A DNA stretch of 31,126 bases from a bacterium (GTDB lineage Bacteria; SZUA-182; DTGQ01; JAFGSM01), in the NCBI GenBank assembly GCA_049472355.1, contig JBLIRP010000046.1, forward strand, positions 1 through 31,126, written 5' to 3'. This document shows positions 17,875-26,971 of the stretch, one piece after another (within the stretch, counting starts at the first letter, position 1; the number at the start of each line of letters is the position of its first letter). Under the pieces are notes generated by a model. It was not told where the DNA came from, did not search any database, and saw only the letters and a program-made list of their open reading frames with translations. Both the position numbers and the translations under genes were made by a program.

Positions 17875-19743
17875 GTTCCCTGTTTTTGAGCGATACTGAT
17901 AGATATCCAGGTTGTAGCGCTGGATCATCTGGTGGAGAAGGGACCGATTCATATTGGCCTGCCGGGCGGCCCGGGCGACATTCCCCCCGGTCTCCTTTAA
18001 AAGGTCGGTGAGGAAACGGGTGTCCATGTGCTCCTCCAATTCCCTTTTTGCCTGGGACTTCATCCGCTTATAGGCGGTATAGTCCCGTGCAGCGGCAATG
18101 GGGGCATCGGGGGCCATGAAACCGGCGTCCATGCCCCTCACCGCCTGTACATGATCGGGAAGGTCCTGGGGTGTTATCAGGGCGCCCTCCGCAATGACCA
18201 TCGCCCTCTTGATGACATTCTCAAGCTCCCTGATATTTCCCGGATAGGTATACATCAGAAGCAGTTCCTGGGCCTCGTCGCTGACACCCTTGATCCTGCT
18301 GTTCAAGGATGGACCGAACTTCTGCATAAAATGCCTCACCAGGAGGGGGATATCGTCCTTCCGCTCCCTGAGGGGGGAGAGCTTGAAGCTCACCACATTG
18401 ATTCGATAATAGAGGTCCTCCCTGAACCTGCCTTCCTTCATGAGATGGGCGAGGTTTCGGTTGGTTGCCGTAATGATACGTACATCCACCCTCTTGATCC
18501 TGTTGCTCCCCAGCCGTTGAATCTCCCCACTCTGCAGGAAGCGCAGGATCTTCACCTGGAGTTTCGGGTCCATATCACCGATCTCGTCCAGAAAGAGGGT
18601 CCCCTTATCGGCCTCTTCCAGGAGCCCGATCCTGGAGGTGTTGGCACCGGTGAACGCACCCCGCTCATAGCCGAACAACTCCGACTCCAGAAGGTTCTCC
18701 GGTATCGCTGCACAATTCACACAGATAAACGGGGCCTCGGCGCGCGGGCTGTTGTAATGAATGGCCTTCGCAAGGAGTTCCTTGCCGGTGCCGCTTTCGC
18801 CCTCGATGGTGACCGGTATATTGAACTGCGCCGTTTGCATCGCCGTTTCCATGGTCTTCACCACACCGTCATTCATGCCGACGATCTGAGAAAACCCGTA
18901 TTCCTTCTTTGTCTCCCTCCTGAGATTGATGTTTTCCTGGCTGAGGGATTCCTTGATCAACTTGAACTCATTCCAGGTGTTGATATTCTCGAAGGCAATG
19001 GAGATCTGGGAGACCAGGATCTGTATCAGGATCTCGTCCTCCTTGGTGAAATGTCCCTGTCTTTTGTTGAGCACCTCGAACACGCCGAAAGGCCTTCCGC
19101 TTGGATTGAGAATAGGTGTGCAGAGAATGCTCCTGGTGGTGTACCCTGTCTTCTTGTCGATGTCCGAATTGAAGAAGGGGCAGGTATAGGCATCGGTGAT
19201 GTTGACCAGTTTCCCTGTCTTCAGCACGTGCCCGGCAACACCGAGATTCTTGTCAAAATGGAGCACATTCCCCTTTGTGCCAAGGGCGATCAAGGAGCGG
19301 AGCTCCTTTTCGTTGCGATCGAGGAAAAAGATGCTGCTGCGCTCCGCCTCCATAATGGCGGGGGCCTTTTGGGCAATCAATTTCACCAGGGTATTGATGT
19401 CGGGATTTTCACTGATGAGGATGCCGATCTCGATGAAAAAGCCCATGGTCTTTATGTAACGTTGGATATTGTGATCCTTGTCCTGGAACACCAGGGATGA
19501 CAGGGGCTGATAGGGTTTCATGAGGGGGAGGAAGGTCATGTCGACCTGCATGGCCAGTGAGTCGAGGAGATCCTCCTCGCTGATGATGCCGCGCTGGATG
19601 AGTATCTCTCCGAGCCTTTTCCGTTGCTCCTTGTGTCTTTGCTGAACAAGGAGCGCCTCGTCCAGTTGCTTCTTGGTCAGAAATCCGTTCTGGAGCAGGA
19701 TTTCCCCTATGGGCAGGCGCTTTATGCTCGTGGTTTTCTCCAT
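17869..19743 (-). CDS. Sigma-54 enhancer-binding protein, MshEN-GAF-AAA+-HTH
   Basis: GESGTGKE, ESELFGYERGAFTGA, FLDEIG, FREDLYYR, YPGNIRELEN and a Fis-type HTH. GAF domain with DKKTGYTTRSILC and NK...F...D. Tandem (R)LGExL..G....L...L..Q motifs at the N-terminus. Confidence 0.92.
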   Translation of the reverse strand: MEKTTSIKRLPIGEILLQNGFLTKKQLDEALLVQQRHKEQRKRLGEILIQRGIISEEDLLDSLAMQVDMTFLPLMKPYQPLSSLVFQDKDHNIQRYIKTMGFFIEIGILISENPDINTLVKLIAQKAPAIMEAERSSIFFLDRNEKELRSLIALGTKGNVLHFDKNLGVAGHVLKTGKLVNITDAYTCPFFNSDIDKKTGYTTRSILCTPILNPSGRPFGVFEVLNKRQGHFTKEDEILIQILVSQISIAFENINTWNEFKLIKESLSQENINLRRETKKEYGFSQIVGMNDGVVKTMETAMQTAQFNIPVTIEGESGTGKELLAKAIHYNSPRAEAPFICVNCAAIPENLLESELFGYERGAFTGANTSRIGLLEEADKGTLFLDEIGDMDPKLQVKILRFLQSGEIQRLGSNRIKRVDVRIITATNRNLAHLMKEGRFREDLYYRINVVSFKLSPLRERKDDIPLLVRHFMQKFGPSLNSRIKGVSDEAQELLLMYTYPGNIRELENVIKRAMVIAEGALITPQDLPDHVQAVRGMDAGFMAPDAPIAAARDYTAYKRMKSQAKRELEEHMDTRFLTDLLKETGGNVARAARQANMNRSLLHQMIQRYNLDIYQYRSKTGNS

Positions 19744-20133
19744 CTATGCATGTACGTGTCGGGCACGGTCGGCGGACAAGGGTTCCGACATCTTTTGGAG
19801 GGCCTCGTCAAGCGAGTTATAGATCCTGGTGTAGCGCGTAATCCCGATCAGGTTGAAGATTTTCTTGAAATAATCGGACAGCCCGGTCAGGCCTATTTCC
19901 TGATCCCTCTTCATACCCTCGCTGATGAGGCTGATCAGGATGGCTATCCCTGCACTGGTGATGTAATTCTCCGGGTGAAATTCAAACAGGATCTTTTTAT
20001 GTCCCTTGTTGCAGAGGTCCTCATAGACATCCTCCATGACCTTTTCCATTGACAGGGTGAAATCGGTCATGGTGGAGATGACAACGACACCCTCGATCGT
20101 ATGGACCCTGAGTGTCTCCTTTTTCCGTGCCAT
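19744..20133 (-). CDS. STAS-domain anti-sigma factor antagonist (RsbV/SpoIIAA-like)
   Basis: YITSAGIAIL phospho-Ser motif, IFNLIGIT and YNSLDEAL. Start ATG 20133 with RBS GGAGG. Abuts the activator gene. Confidence 0.85.
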   Translation of the reverse strand: MARKKETLRVHTIEGVVVISTMTDFTLSMEKVMEDVYEDLCNKGHKKILFEFHPENYITSAGIAILISLISEGMKRDQEIGLTGLSDYFKKIFNLIGITRYTRIYNSLDEALQKMSEPLSADRARHVHA

Positions 20134-20335
20134 TGGAAACCTCCCGTTTTCCACTTATTTATCGACAGATTTCCTAAAACTCTCCTGCAAAAAGGAGTTC
20201 CGGGGGGGAACCAACAAGATATGTCAGGCGGAGCACTATGTTAATCCTTACAACCGCAGAAAAATCTGCAATGACATCATTGAAGGGAATTCAGAAAATA
20301 CACCCTCATTTATAAAATCCGTCCGATCGGATTGC

Positions 20336-23245
20336 TCAGGCCTCACCTCTGAAATGAACGATCATCCGGCTGGTGCCCCTGATGCTCGTTTGACTCAATC
20401 CCGTCTGTTCCGGAGCAAGCTCCAGACAATGATAATCCCCCAGAAGTTTCATACCCTTCGAGGCATCTCCCCTCCCTCCTCCATCGGGAGTTCCGGCATG
20501 CCCATCCTTAATGATCCCCCTGTTCAAACCATCCGGGAAGAATGAGGCCACCAGTTTATACCCATGAGGAGATTCCTGATGACACTGCGCCGCCTTTCGA
20601 TACATCCTCTTCAGGTGGTTTTTCATGGAGACGATTTCCTCGTCGCACAATGAATACAAGTGGGCCATGGATTCAATCCCCTGTGAAACGATCTTCAAGG
20701 TCATCGGAGAAAAGGGAAGAAACAGGAGCGTATCCACGGGGCTTGCCTCGATATGTTTGAGTATGATGATGGTCATATCATCATCAAAGCACCTTTTCCC
20801 TGAAAAGTCCCTTAATTCCTCAACGATCCGGTTATATATCTCCTCCGGGTCCAGGTGGACCGAATGCGCAAATATCTCCCGGAGTCGATGGAAGTTGAAG
20901 AACTCATTGTCCCTATTCTTGACCTCCAGCAGACCATCCGTGTACAACAGGATCACGTCCCCCTTGTTCAGGGAGAGGGTGAGCGGGGTATAGGAGAGTT
21001 CTTCGAATATTCCGAGGGGAAGACGCTCCCCTTCGGTCTTGAGAAATCTTGTCTCCTTCCGGTCATGGTCGTAATAGAGCGGAGGAGGCAGGCCGGCATT
21101 CGAGAGGATGATCCTCTTGTCAGGCAACAGGAGTGCATAAATGAACGCCACGAATGCCTTCTTCTTTGTCTCCCGGAGCATGTGCCTGTTTACCTCCTGC
21201 ATTACCGTTGCCACGTCCTTTATGCAGATGACCTGATTCTGGCATATCGAATGTGCCGCACTCATCAGCAAGGCCCCTGAGATGCCGTGACCGGAGATAT
21301 CCCCCATGACAATACCCAGTTCCTTTTCCCCCTGGGAGGGAAACTCAAAGAAATCGTAGAAGTCCCCTCCGATCTCACTGCTTGGGATGATCTGATTGTA
21401 CACGACAAAGTCCTTGATGGTAGGAGAACCCTCCGGCAGCATTCTCCGCTGGATGACTCCGGCGATCTTCAGGTCCTCTTCGATCTTCTCCTGTTCGATA
21501 CGGTCATGGATGAGGTTGACGTTTTCCAGGGCAATGGCCGTCTGGTCGGCAATGATACGCAGGAATTCCACATCGGCGATCGTATAGTACCTGCCCGATT
21601 TCATGTTCCCGAGCATCATGAAACCGGAAAGCTTGTCATGGGTGATAAAGGGAATGATCAGTTGCATGTTCCATGAATCAAAGATGCGGAGCATCTCCTT
21701 TTTATACGGGAAGTGCCTTGTTTGATCACAGTAGTTATCTTTCTGTACCTCCCTCTTTTCCCGGAGCAGCACCTTCACCAGAGGGTTCGATGCTCGAAAG
21801 ACCGCATTGTTTGATTTAATGAGTACGTTGTCGTGAGGATTGTATTCCCTATAGGTGCCATCCTCGCCGTCGAAGAGAAAAATACGTATATCCTCGATGA
21901 ACATAGTATTGGAGAGGATGTTAAGAACCCTCAAAATCAGCAGATCGGGTTCGAATATGGAGGTGATATCCTTCAGGAGCTGTTTCACCGGCTCCTTATA
22001 GTCATATTTCTGCCTGAAAAAGAGGCGGTTCACGAATACCTGCGCCCTGCTGGTAATCGGGTTGAAGAAGAATACCACCAGCAGGAGGAAGAGAAAATTG
22101 AATACATGGTGATGCTGTATGAATACCGGCTTGACGATGACATTGACACTGAGGATGAACAGAAGATACAAGAAGGCGATGAGGGTGGTGGCGAGGAGAT
22201 ATCCGGTGGTTCGCTTGACGAACACGTCGATCTCGAAAAGGTCGTGCTTCACGATTGCATAGGCTATGGACAGCGGGAATACGGTGATAAAGGGGAGCAT
22301 CGCCAGTTCGATGCTGGGGAAAATGAACACGCCGAAGAGCGTGTTGAGGATCGGCTCCACCAGCGGGAGAAGCACCCCGATAAAAAAGCCCAGGAGTATT
22401 ACCCGTATCTTCGATTTGGCCAGTCGGTAAGGGATCTTCCGGTATTTGTAGATGAGCACGCATATGAACACGAGAATCGAAAAGAATATATAGATGAGCC
22501 AGAAGATGCGCATATACCTTGGTGATTCGGTAAATGAGGAAGAGAGGGACCGTGTCGTTACGAACAGCAGCAATGACGCGGCATAGGTAATCGTGGTATA
22601 CCACAGATGCCGTCGTGCATGCTCCTCATAAAAGGGGAATATGAATGTCATGTGGAGGATGGTCGCGGGGAGAAAACAGAACCCGATGGTCTCGAAGATG
22701 AGGATCCAGGATGGCCTGAGGGGGCGCTGATTGAAAAAGATCATCACCAGCCCGGCGCAGAGGCAGAAGAGCAGGAATGACCATCGCCTGTCGGCTATGG
22801 GGGTGCTGAGGAAGACAAAGGAACCGATAACAATGAGGAGTATCCCCATGAGCCAGGGCACGCCGAAGACCAGGGCGGCCCGGGCCAAACCGAACTGGGT
22901 CGTCCGGTAGATGATGGTGTGGACCTGCCCGTTTCGTGACACCACGAAACGATTTTCCGCCCCTATCTGCCTGTTCACCAGGTCCCGGATGCCGGCCATG
23001 CTTTCCACCGGCATGCCGTTCACCTCCTGAATCCGGTCTCCGAGTCGAAATCCCGCACTGTATCCATCCTCATACACCCGGCCTACAATCGCCCATCCGC
23101 TGCATTTCCTCACCCCATGCCCGAAAAAAGGCGCAAAGCTCCATTGATAGATGTTGAAGAGATAGAGGACGGCAACAACGCCGACTGCGGCAAGAAAAAT
23201 GACGGATAGGATTATCTCGATATGTTTTACCTTCTTCTGTATCAT
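20336..23245 (-). CDS. Membrane PP2C/SpoIIE phosphatase: PDZ, multi-TM, GAF, PP2C and a degenerate HATPase-like tail
   Basis: AGFRLGDRIQEVNG (PDZ); several hydrophobic segments; YAIVKHDLFEI; GAF; intact GGDFYDF, GDISGHG, YTDG and DDMT motifs. Confidence 0.88.
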   Translation of the reverse strand: MIQKKVKHIEIILSVIFLAAVGVVAVLYLFNIYQWSFAPFFGHGVRKCSGWAIVGRVYEDGYSAGFRLGDRIQEVNGMPVESMAGIRDLVNRQIGAENRFVVSRNGQVHTIIYRTTQFGLARAALVFGVPWLMGILLIVIGSFVFLSTPIADRRWSFLLFCLCAGLVMIFFNQRPLRPSWILIFETIGFCFLPATILHMTFIFPFYEEHARRHLWYTTITYAASLLLFVTTRSLSSSFTESPRYMRIFWLIYIFFSILVFICVLIYKYRKIPYRLAKSKIRVILLGFFIGVLLPLVEPILNTLFGVFIFPSIELAMLPFITVFPLSIAYAIVKHDLFEIDVFVKRTTGYLLATTLIAFLYLLFILSVNVIVKPVFIQHHHVFNFLFLLLVVFFFNPITSRAQVFVNRLFFRQKYDYKEPVKQLLKDITSIFEPDLLILRVLNILSNTMFIEDIRIFLFDGEDGTYREYNPHDNVLIKSNNAVFRASNPLVKVLLREKREVQKDNYCDQTRHFPYKKEMLRIFDSWNMQLIIPFITHDKLSGFMMLGNMKSGRYYTIADVEFLRIIADQTAIALENVNLIHDRIEQEKIEEDLKIAGVIQRRMLPEGSPTIKDFVVYNQIIPSSEIGGDFYDFFEFPSQGEKELGIVMGDISGHGISGALLMSAAHSICQNQVICIKDVATVMQEVNRHMLRETKKKAFVAFIYALLLPDKRIILSNAGLPPPLYYDHDRKETRFLKTEGERLPLGIFEELSYTPLTLSLNKGDVILLYTDGLLEVKNRDNEFFNFHRLREIFAHSVHLDPEEIYNRIVEELRDFSGKRCFDDDMTIIILKHIEASPVDTLLFLPFSPMTLKIVSQGIESMAHLYSLCDEEIVSMKNHLKRMYRKAAQCHQESPHGYKLVASFFPDGLNRGIIKDGHAGTPDGGGRGDASKGMKLLGDYHCLELAPEQTGLSQTSIRGTSRMIVHFRGEA

Positions 23246-23419
23246 TATGTTTCAAGGCCCTTGTCGGGATTCTCTCTCCGGAAAAACAACTCGGGATAGT
23301 CGTGACGACCTGCCTGGACCATGAAATTTCCGGCGATCATGACCTCTCCCGAAAAATAACTTTGAATGCATATGGCAATCCCCAGTGCTTGCACCCTGCG
23401 CATACCTGCAGGGTCCCTG

Positions 23420-24760
23420 TTACTGATCCAATGGATGCGCCTCAATGACCCTATACAGAAGGACCTCCTTCTTTACGTTCTTGAACCTCTGGTATCCGAC
23501 CCATTCCAGGGAGAAAGCATCCCTGACCCTTGATGCAGTCTCGGCGCTCACCAGGATCTCCCCTTTGGCGGCAAATGATCCGATCCGTGCAGCCATGTTC
23601 ACGGTTGACCCCAGGGCCGTATATGTCCATCGTGAACCGTAATATCCTTCAAGACGTGTCGATCCGATATACGCCTCACCTGAATGGATCCCGATATTGA
23701 TAACGAGGGGTATCTTCGTCCCCTTTATTTCCGGTATGAGCTGCTGCGTCCTGTGCTTGATGGCAAGGGCCGTTCTGACCGCATTCAGGGCATGAATGCA
23801 TCTATCCTTGTTGTGAAAGATGATCATGAGTCCATCCCCGGCGGTCATGTTGATATCCCCGCCGTATCGATAGATGTCGTCAAAAAAACGGGAAAAATAG
23901 GTCTCGATGATCCGGGTGATATCCTCATAGTTGAGGGTCTCGCTCATGGCGGTGAATCCCTCGATATCCAGAAACAGGACGGAAATATCCTGCTCCTGTT
24001 TCTCACACTCAAGTGATTCAGGGTGGTCCTCAATGATCCTTTCAAGGGATTTTGGTACATACTTGCACAAAAGGGTCTTGGCCTTTTCAAGGAGCTGGAT
24101 CTTTTCCAGTGTTTCTTCGAGGGTCTTGTTTTTATTCCTGAGGTCGGTGTTCAGGTGCTTGATGATTTCAAACGACTTGGCGTTCTGGATATTGATGGCA
24201 AGCTGTTTTGAAAGCGTGGACAAGAGCTCACCCTCTATCTGGGAAAACGGCTCACCGGAAATCCTTGTGCTGAGGGCGATCCCCCCGGAAAATCGCTCAT
24301 CGATCACGAATGGGATAAAGGCGGATATCCCCGCCGCCCTCAAAAACCTAATAAATCCCTTTTCCGCGGTGTTCAATCGAGTGTGCTCGTAGACACGCCT
24401 TGGTTCAAAAAAGGAGAGCAGGCGTCTTTTACAGAAGATCCGGGTTATATGTTCCCTGTTCAAAAATTCTATAACCAGTTGAAGTTTTTCCTTTTCCGTG
24501 TCCCTGCCTTCAATAAAGTCTATCCGCGCCTGCTTCTTGTCGATGAGAAGGATGAATCCCTGAAAGATTCCGAAAGTCCCCATGATCATCATGAGAAAGG
24601 CATTGATGATCTCCTCGGTGTTATTGAGCAGTGCTATTTCCTGGTTTACATCATAGAGGGTCTTGAAATAGAAGTATTCGAGGTCCCTCTTCTGCAGTTC
24701 ATTCTTCAGCTTCGTTATCTCTGCTGTAAGGGTTATGTGTTCCTTGCCTATTAAGGACAT
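23420..24760 (-). CDS. GAF plus class III nucleotidyl cyclase
   Basis: VLFLDIEGFT, AGDGLM, IGIHSG and YTALGSTVNMAARI motifs. Start probably ATG 24760. Confidence 0.85.
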   Translation of the reverse strand: MSLIGKEHITLTAEITKLKNELQKRDLEYFYFKTLYDVNQEIALLNNTEEIINAFLMMIMGTFGIFQGFILLIDKKQARIDFIEGRDTEKEKLQLVIEFLNREHITRIFCKRRLLSFFEPRRVYEHTRLNTAEKGFIRFLRAAGISAFIPFVIDERFSGGIALSTRISGEPFSQIEGELLSTLSKQLAINIQNAKSFEIIKHLNTDLRNKNKTLEETLEKIQLLEKAKTLLCKYVPKSLERIIEDHPESLECEKQEQDISVLFLDIEGFTAMSETLNYEDITRIIETYFSRFFDDIYRYGGDINMTAGDGLMIIFHNKDRCIHALNAVRTALAIKHRTQQLIPEIKGTKIPLVINIGIHSGEAYIGSTRLEGYYGSRWTYTALGSTVNMAARIGSFAAKGEILVSAETASRVRDAFSLEWVGYQRFKNVKKEVLLYRVIEAHPLDQ

Positions 24761-24808
24761 AGCGGTCGTCCATACCCTTTGTTGACGTATCGGTTCAAAC
24801 ACCCAGAC

Positions 24809-25000
24809 ATTTCATCTGAAAATCCCCTTTGGGACATTTTCATGCTTCTTTGTGAGCCGAATGCTCATGGGCGTTTCATCTGAAAATCCCCCAGGATTTT
24901 CATGCCTCTTTGTGAGCCGAAGTCTCATCTGCGTTTCACTTCTACATTCCACATTCTACATTCGACATTCGCAGTTTCATCCGGCTCATGTGCATTTCAT
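24809..25000 (-). repeat. Composite dispersed repeat: heptamer module plus two tandem two-hairpin units
   Basis: Reverse strand: catgagccggatgaaactgc-(GAATGTN)x4-gaa, then two units of about 60 nt with loop variants tcctggggga and tgtcccaaagggga. Confidence 0.9.
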
Positions 25001-25400
25001 CCCATCACCACATATCGTGTATGCACTGTGAAAAAAGCATGCACAATGCGGTGCCGGTTTTCATGCATGCCCCATCGGCAGCAATGATCTCTCATAATCC
25101 CTGTGACAGGGAATGCTTGGACTCCTATTATTCTATCGGTGATTGGGATGATTATTTTCATTGATAAAAGGTCATAAGTTTTAAGACATTTATTGCTCAT
25201 TACAATGTGGAACAGATGCCATTTCAGGGCCTACGAATGACCATAGTGAAGACTTGGGCACAATCCGGGAAACAAGGGCGCAACCAGACTCTCAGGAGAT
25301 GGCCGGCGATATACAATCCAACCGATACATATGAGTGCATCGGGAACGCATCGCAAAAATCCCACACATCTCCATGATGAGATGCCTATAGCGATTTTTT

Positions 25401-25416
25401 TGGCCCGTTTTTTGCA
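25401..25416 (+). promoter_or_regulatory. Putative sigma-54 promoter upstream of the csp gene
   Basis: TGGCCC-GTTTT-TTGCA, about 200 nt upstream of the csp start. Confidence 0.5.
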
Positions 25417-25615
25417 TAACTGGCAATCGAACAGTAACAGGTAGTGAATCAACCATGGAGCATAGGGCTTAGCGCCAGACAGGAGATATTTTCAAGATTT
25501 TCTTAAAGACAGTCGTTTAAATAGCAAGACAGACAGTTTTCACCAAAGAAATGCTCTGAAGCTAGTTTTGAACGCTCTGTCGAAATAAATCTTGAACGGA
25601 AAGGGGGTGTTTATT

Positions 25616-25828
25616 TTGGCAGAGCGTGAAATCGGCATTGTTAAGTGGTTCAACTCCGAGAAGGGATACGGGTTTATATCCCGCGATAATGGACCTGACG
25701 TATTTGTTCATTATACCGGCATCAGCGGCAAGGGCTACCGTACCTTGCAGGAAAATCAACGGGTAGAATTCACCATATCTCAGGGCAAAAAGGGCCCCCA
25801 GGCCCAGGATGTAACAATCGTGCCTTAG
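25616..25828 (+). CDS. Cold-shock domain protein (CspA family)
   Basis: [21 protein letters not shown] and GKKGPQA motifs. Likely TTG start at 25616 after AAGGGGGTG. Confidence 0.92.
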   Translation: MAEREIGIVKWFNSEKGYGFISRDNGPDVFVHYTGISGKGYRTLQENQRVEFTISQGKKGPQAQDVTIVP

Positions 25829-25984
25829 AAGCCATGAAAACTCCGGGGACGTGCGGCATGAATGCAGCACGTCCCCGTCTGGCGCTCATTCCCAAGACAC
25901 TCATCATTTTTTGCACATCCCCATGTGCTGATTTTGACAGGCATTTCATTGCAGGGTATACTTTCTGCAAGGAGAGTACCCTCC

Positions 25985-26941
25985 ATGGGACGGAAACCAA
26001 AACAGGATACAACCGGGCATTCGGATAAAGGAACACGGAACATTCGAACAGCGATACCAAGGGTTGTCGATTCATTAATCCGAACCTGCAACCAAAAGGG
26101 GCACTTCGACCACGTGGGTCCCGATCCCATCCCATCCCGGGATGCCGTAATTGATATCATCCGCCGGATACGACAGCTCCTCTACCCGGGGTATTTTATT
26201 AAATTCCGACTGGACGAGGTGAATCTCGGATACTATCTGGGGGAAGAAACCACCGCCCTGTATGAGGCGCTTTCGGAGCAGATCGCCCTTGCACTCAGGC
26301 ACGAATGCATACGCCATAACACCCCGGCTGTCGCATGCGAGCAAGAGGGACACACCACGGCCATCTGGTTTCTGGAACAGCTTCCGCGCCTGAGGGGTAT
26401 GCTGGCCAAGGACGTCCGTGCCGCATATGAAGGCGATCCCGCTGCCAAGAGCTACGACGAGATCATCTTCAGCTACCCCGGACTCTATGCCATTACCATC
26501 TATCGTGTCGCACACATGCTCTTCGAGAAGGGCGTACCCATGCTTCCCCGCATTATGACCGAACATGCACACAGCGAGACCGGCATCGATATCCATCCCG
26601 GTGCCACCATCAAGGAGGGCTTTTTCATCGATCACGGCACCGGGGTGGTGGTGGGAGAGACAACCGAGATCGGAAACCGGGTGAGGCTCTATCAAGGCGT
26701 CACCCTCGGCGCCCTCTCCGTGTCCAAGGAGGAGGTGGAACGCCTCAGAAGCGAAAAACGCCACCCCACCATCGAGGATGACGTGATCGTGTATTCCGGT
26801 GCAACCATCCTGGGCAATACGCGCATCGGTGCTCGCTCGGTGATCGGCGGCAATGTGTGGATCACCGAATCCGTACCGCCCGATACAAAGGTATTCCTGA
26901 AAAAGCCGGAGCTGATTTACAAAGGGACAACCCGAACATAA
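25985..26941 (+). CDS. cysE: Serine O-acetyltransferase
   Basis: GDPAAKS, YPG, TGIDIHPGA, FIDHGTGVVVGET, KRHPTI. Start ATG 25985 after GGAGAG. Adjacent to cysK. Confidence 0.92.
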   Translation: MGRKPKQDTTGHSDKGTRNIRTAIPRVVDSLIRTCNQKGHFDHVGPDPIPSRDAVIDIIRRIRQLLYPGYFIKFRLDEVNLGYYLGEETTALYEALSEQIALALRHECIRHNTPAVACEQEGHTTAIWFLEQLPRLRGMLAKDVRAAYEGDPAAKSYDEIIFSYPGLYAITIYRVAHMLFEKGVPMLPRIMTEHAHSETGIDIHPGATIKEGFFIDHGTGVVVGETTEIGNRVRLYQGVTLGALSVSKEEVERLRSEKRHPTIEDDVIVYSGATILGNTRIGARSVIGGNVWITESVPPDTKVFLKKPELIYKGTTRT

Positions 26942-26971
26942 TCTTCCATCTCATAATAGAAAGGCCCTGTC

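Noticed and set aside
18028..19500. 490-aa plus-strand ORF
   Set aside because: Antisense shadow of the sigma-54 activator.
23245..23445. 66-aa ORF between the cyclase and PP2C genes
   Set aside because: Overlaps the cyclase end, has no clear RBS or recognisable motif, and is probably intergenic.
24809..25000. CRISPR array
   Set aside because: Units of about 60 nt abut each other without unique spacers, there are only two, and no cas genes are present.
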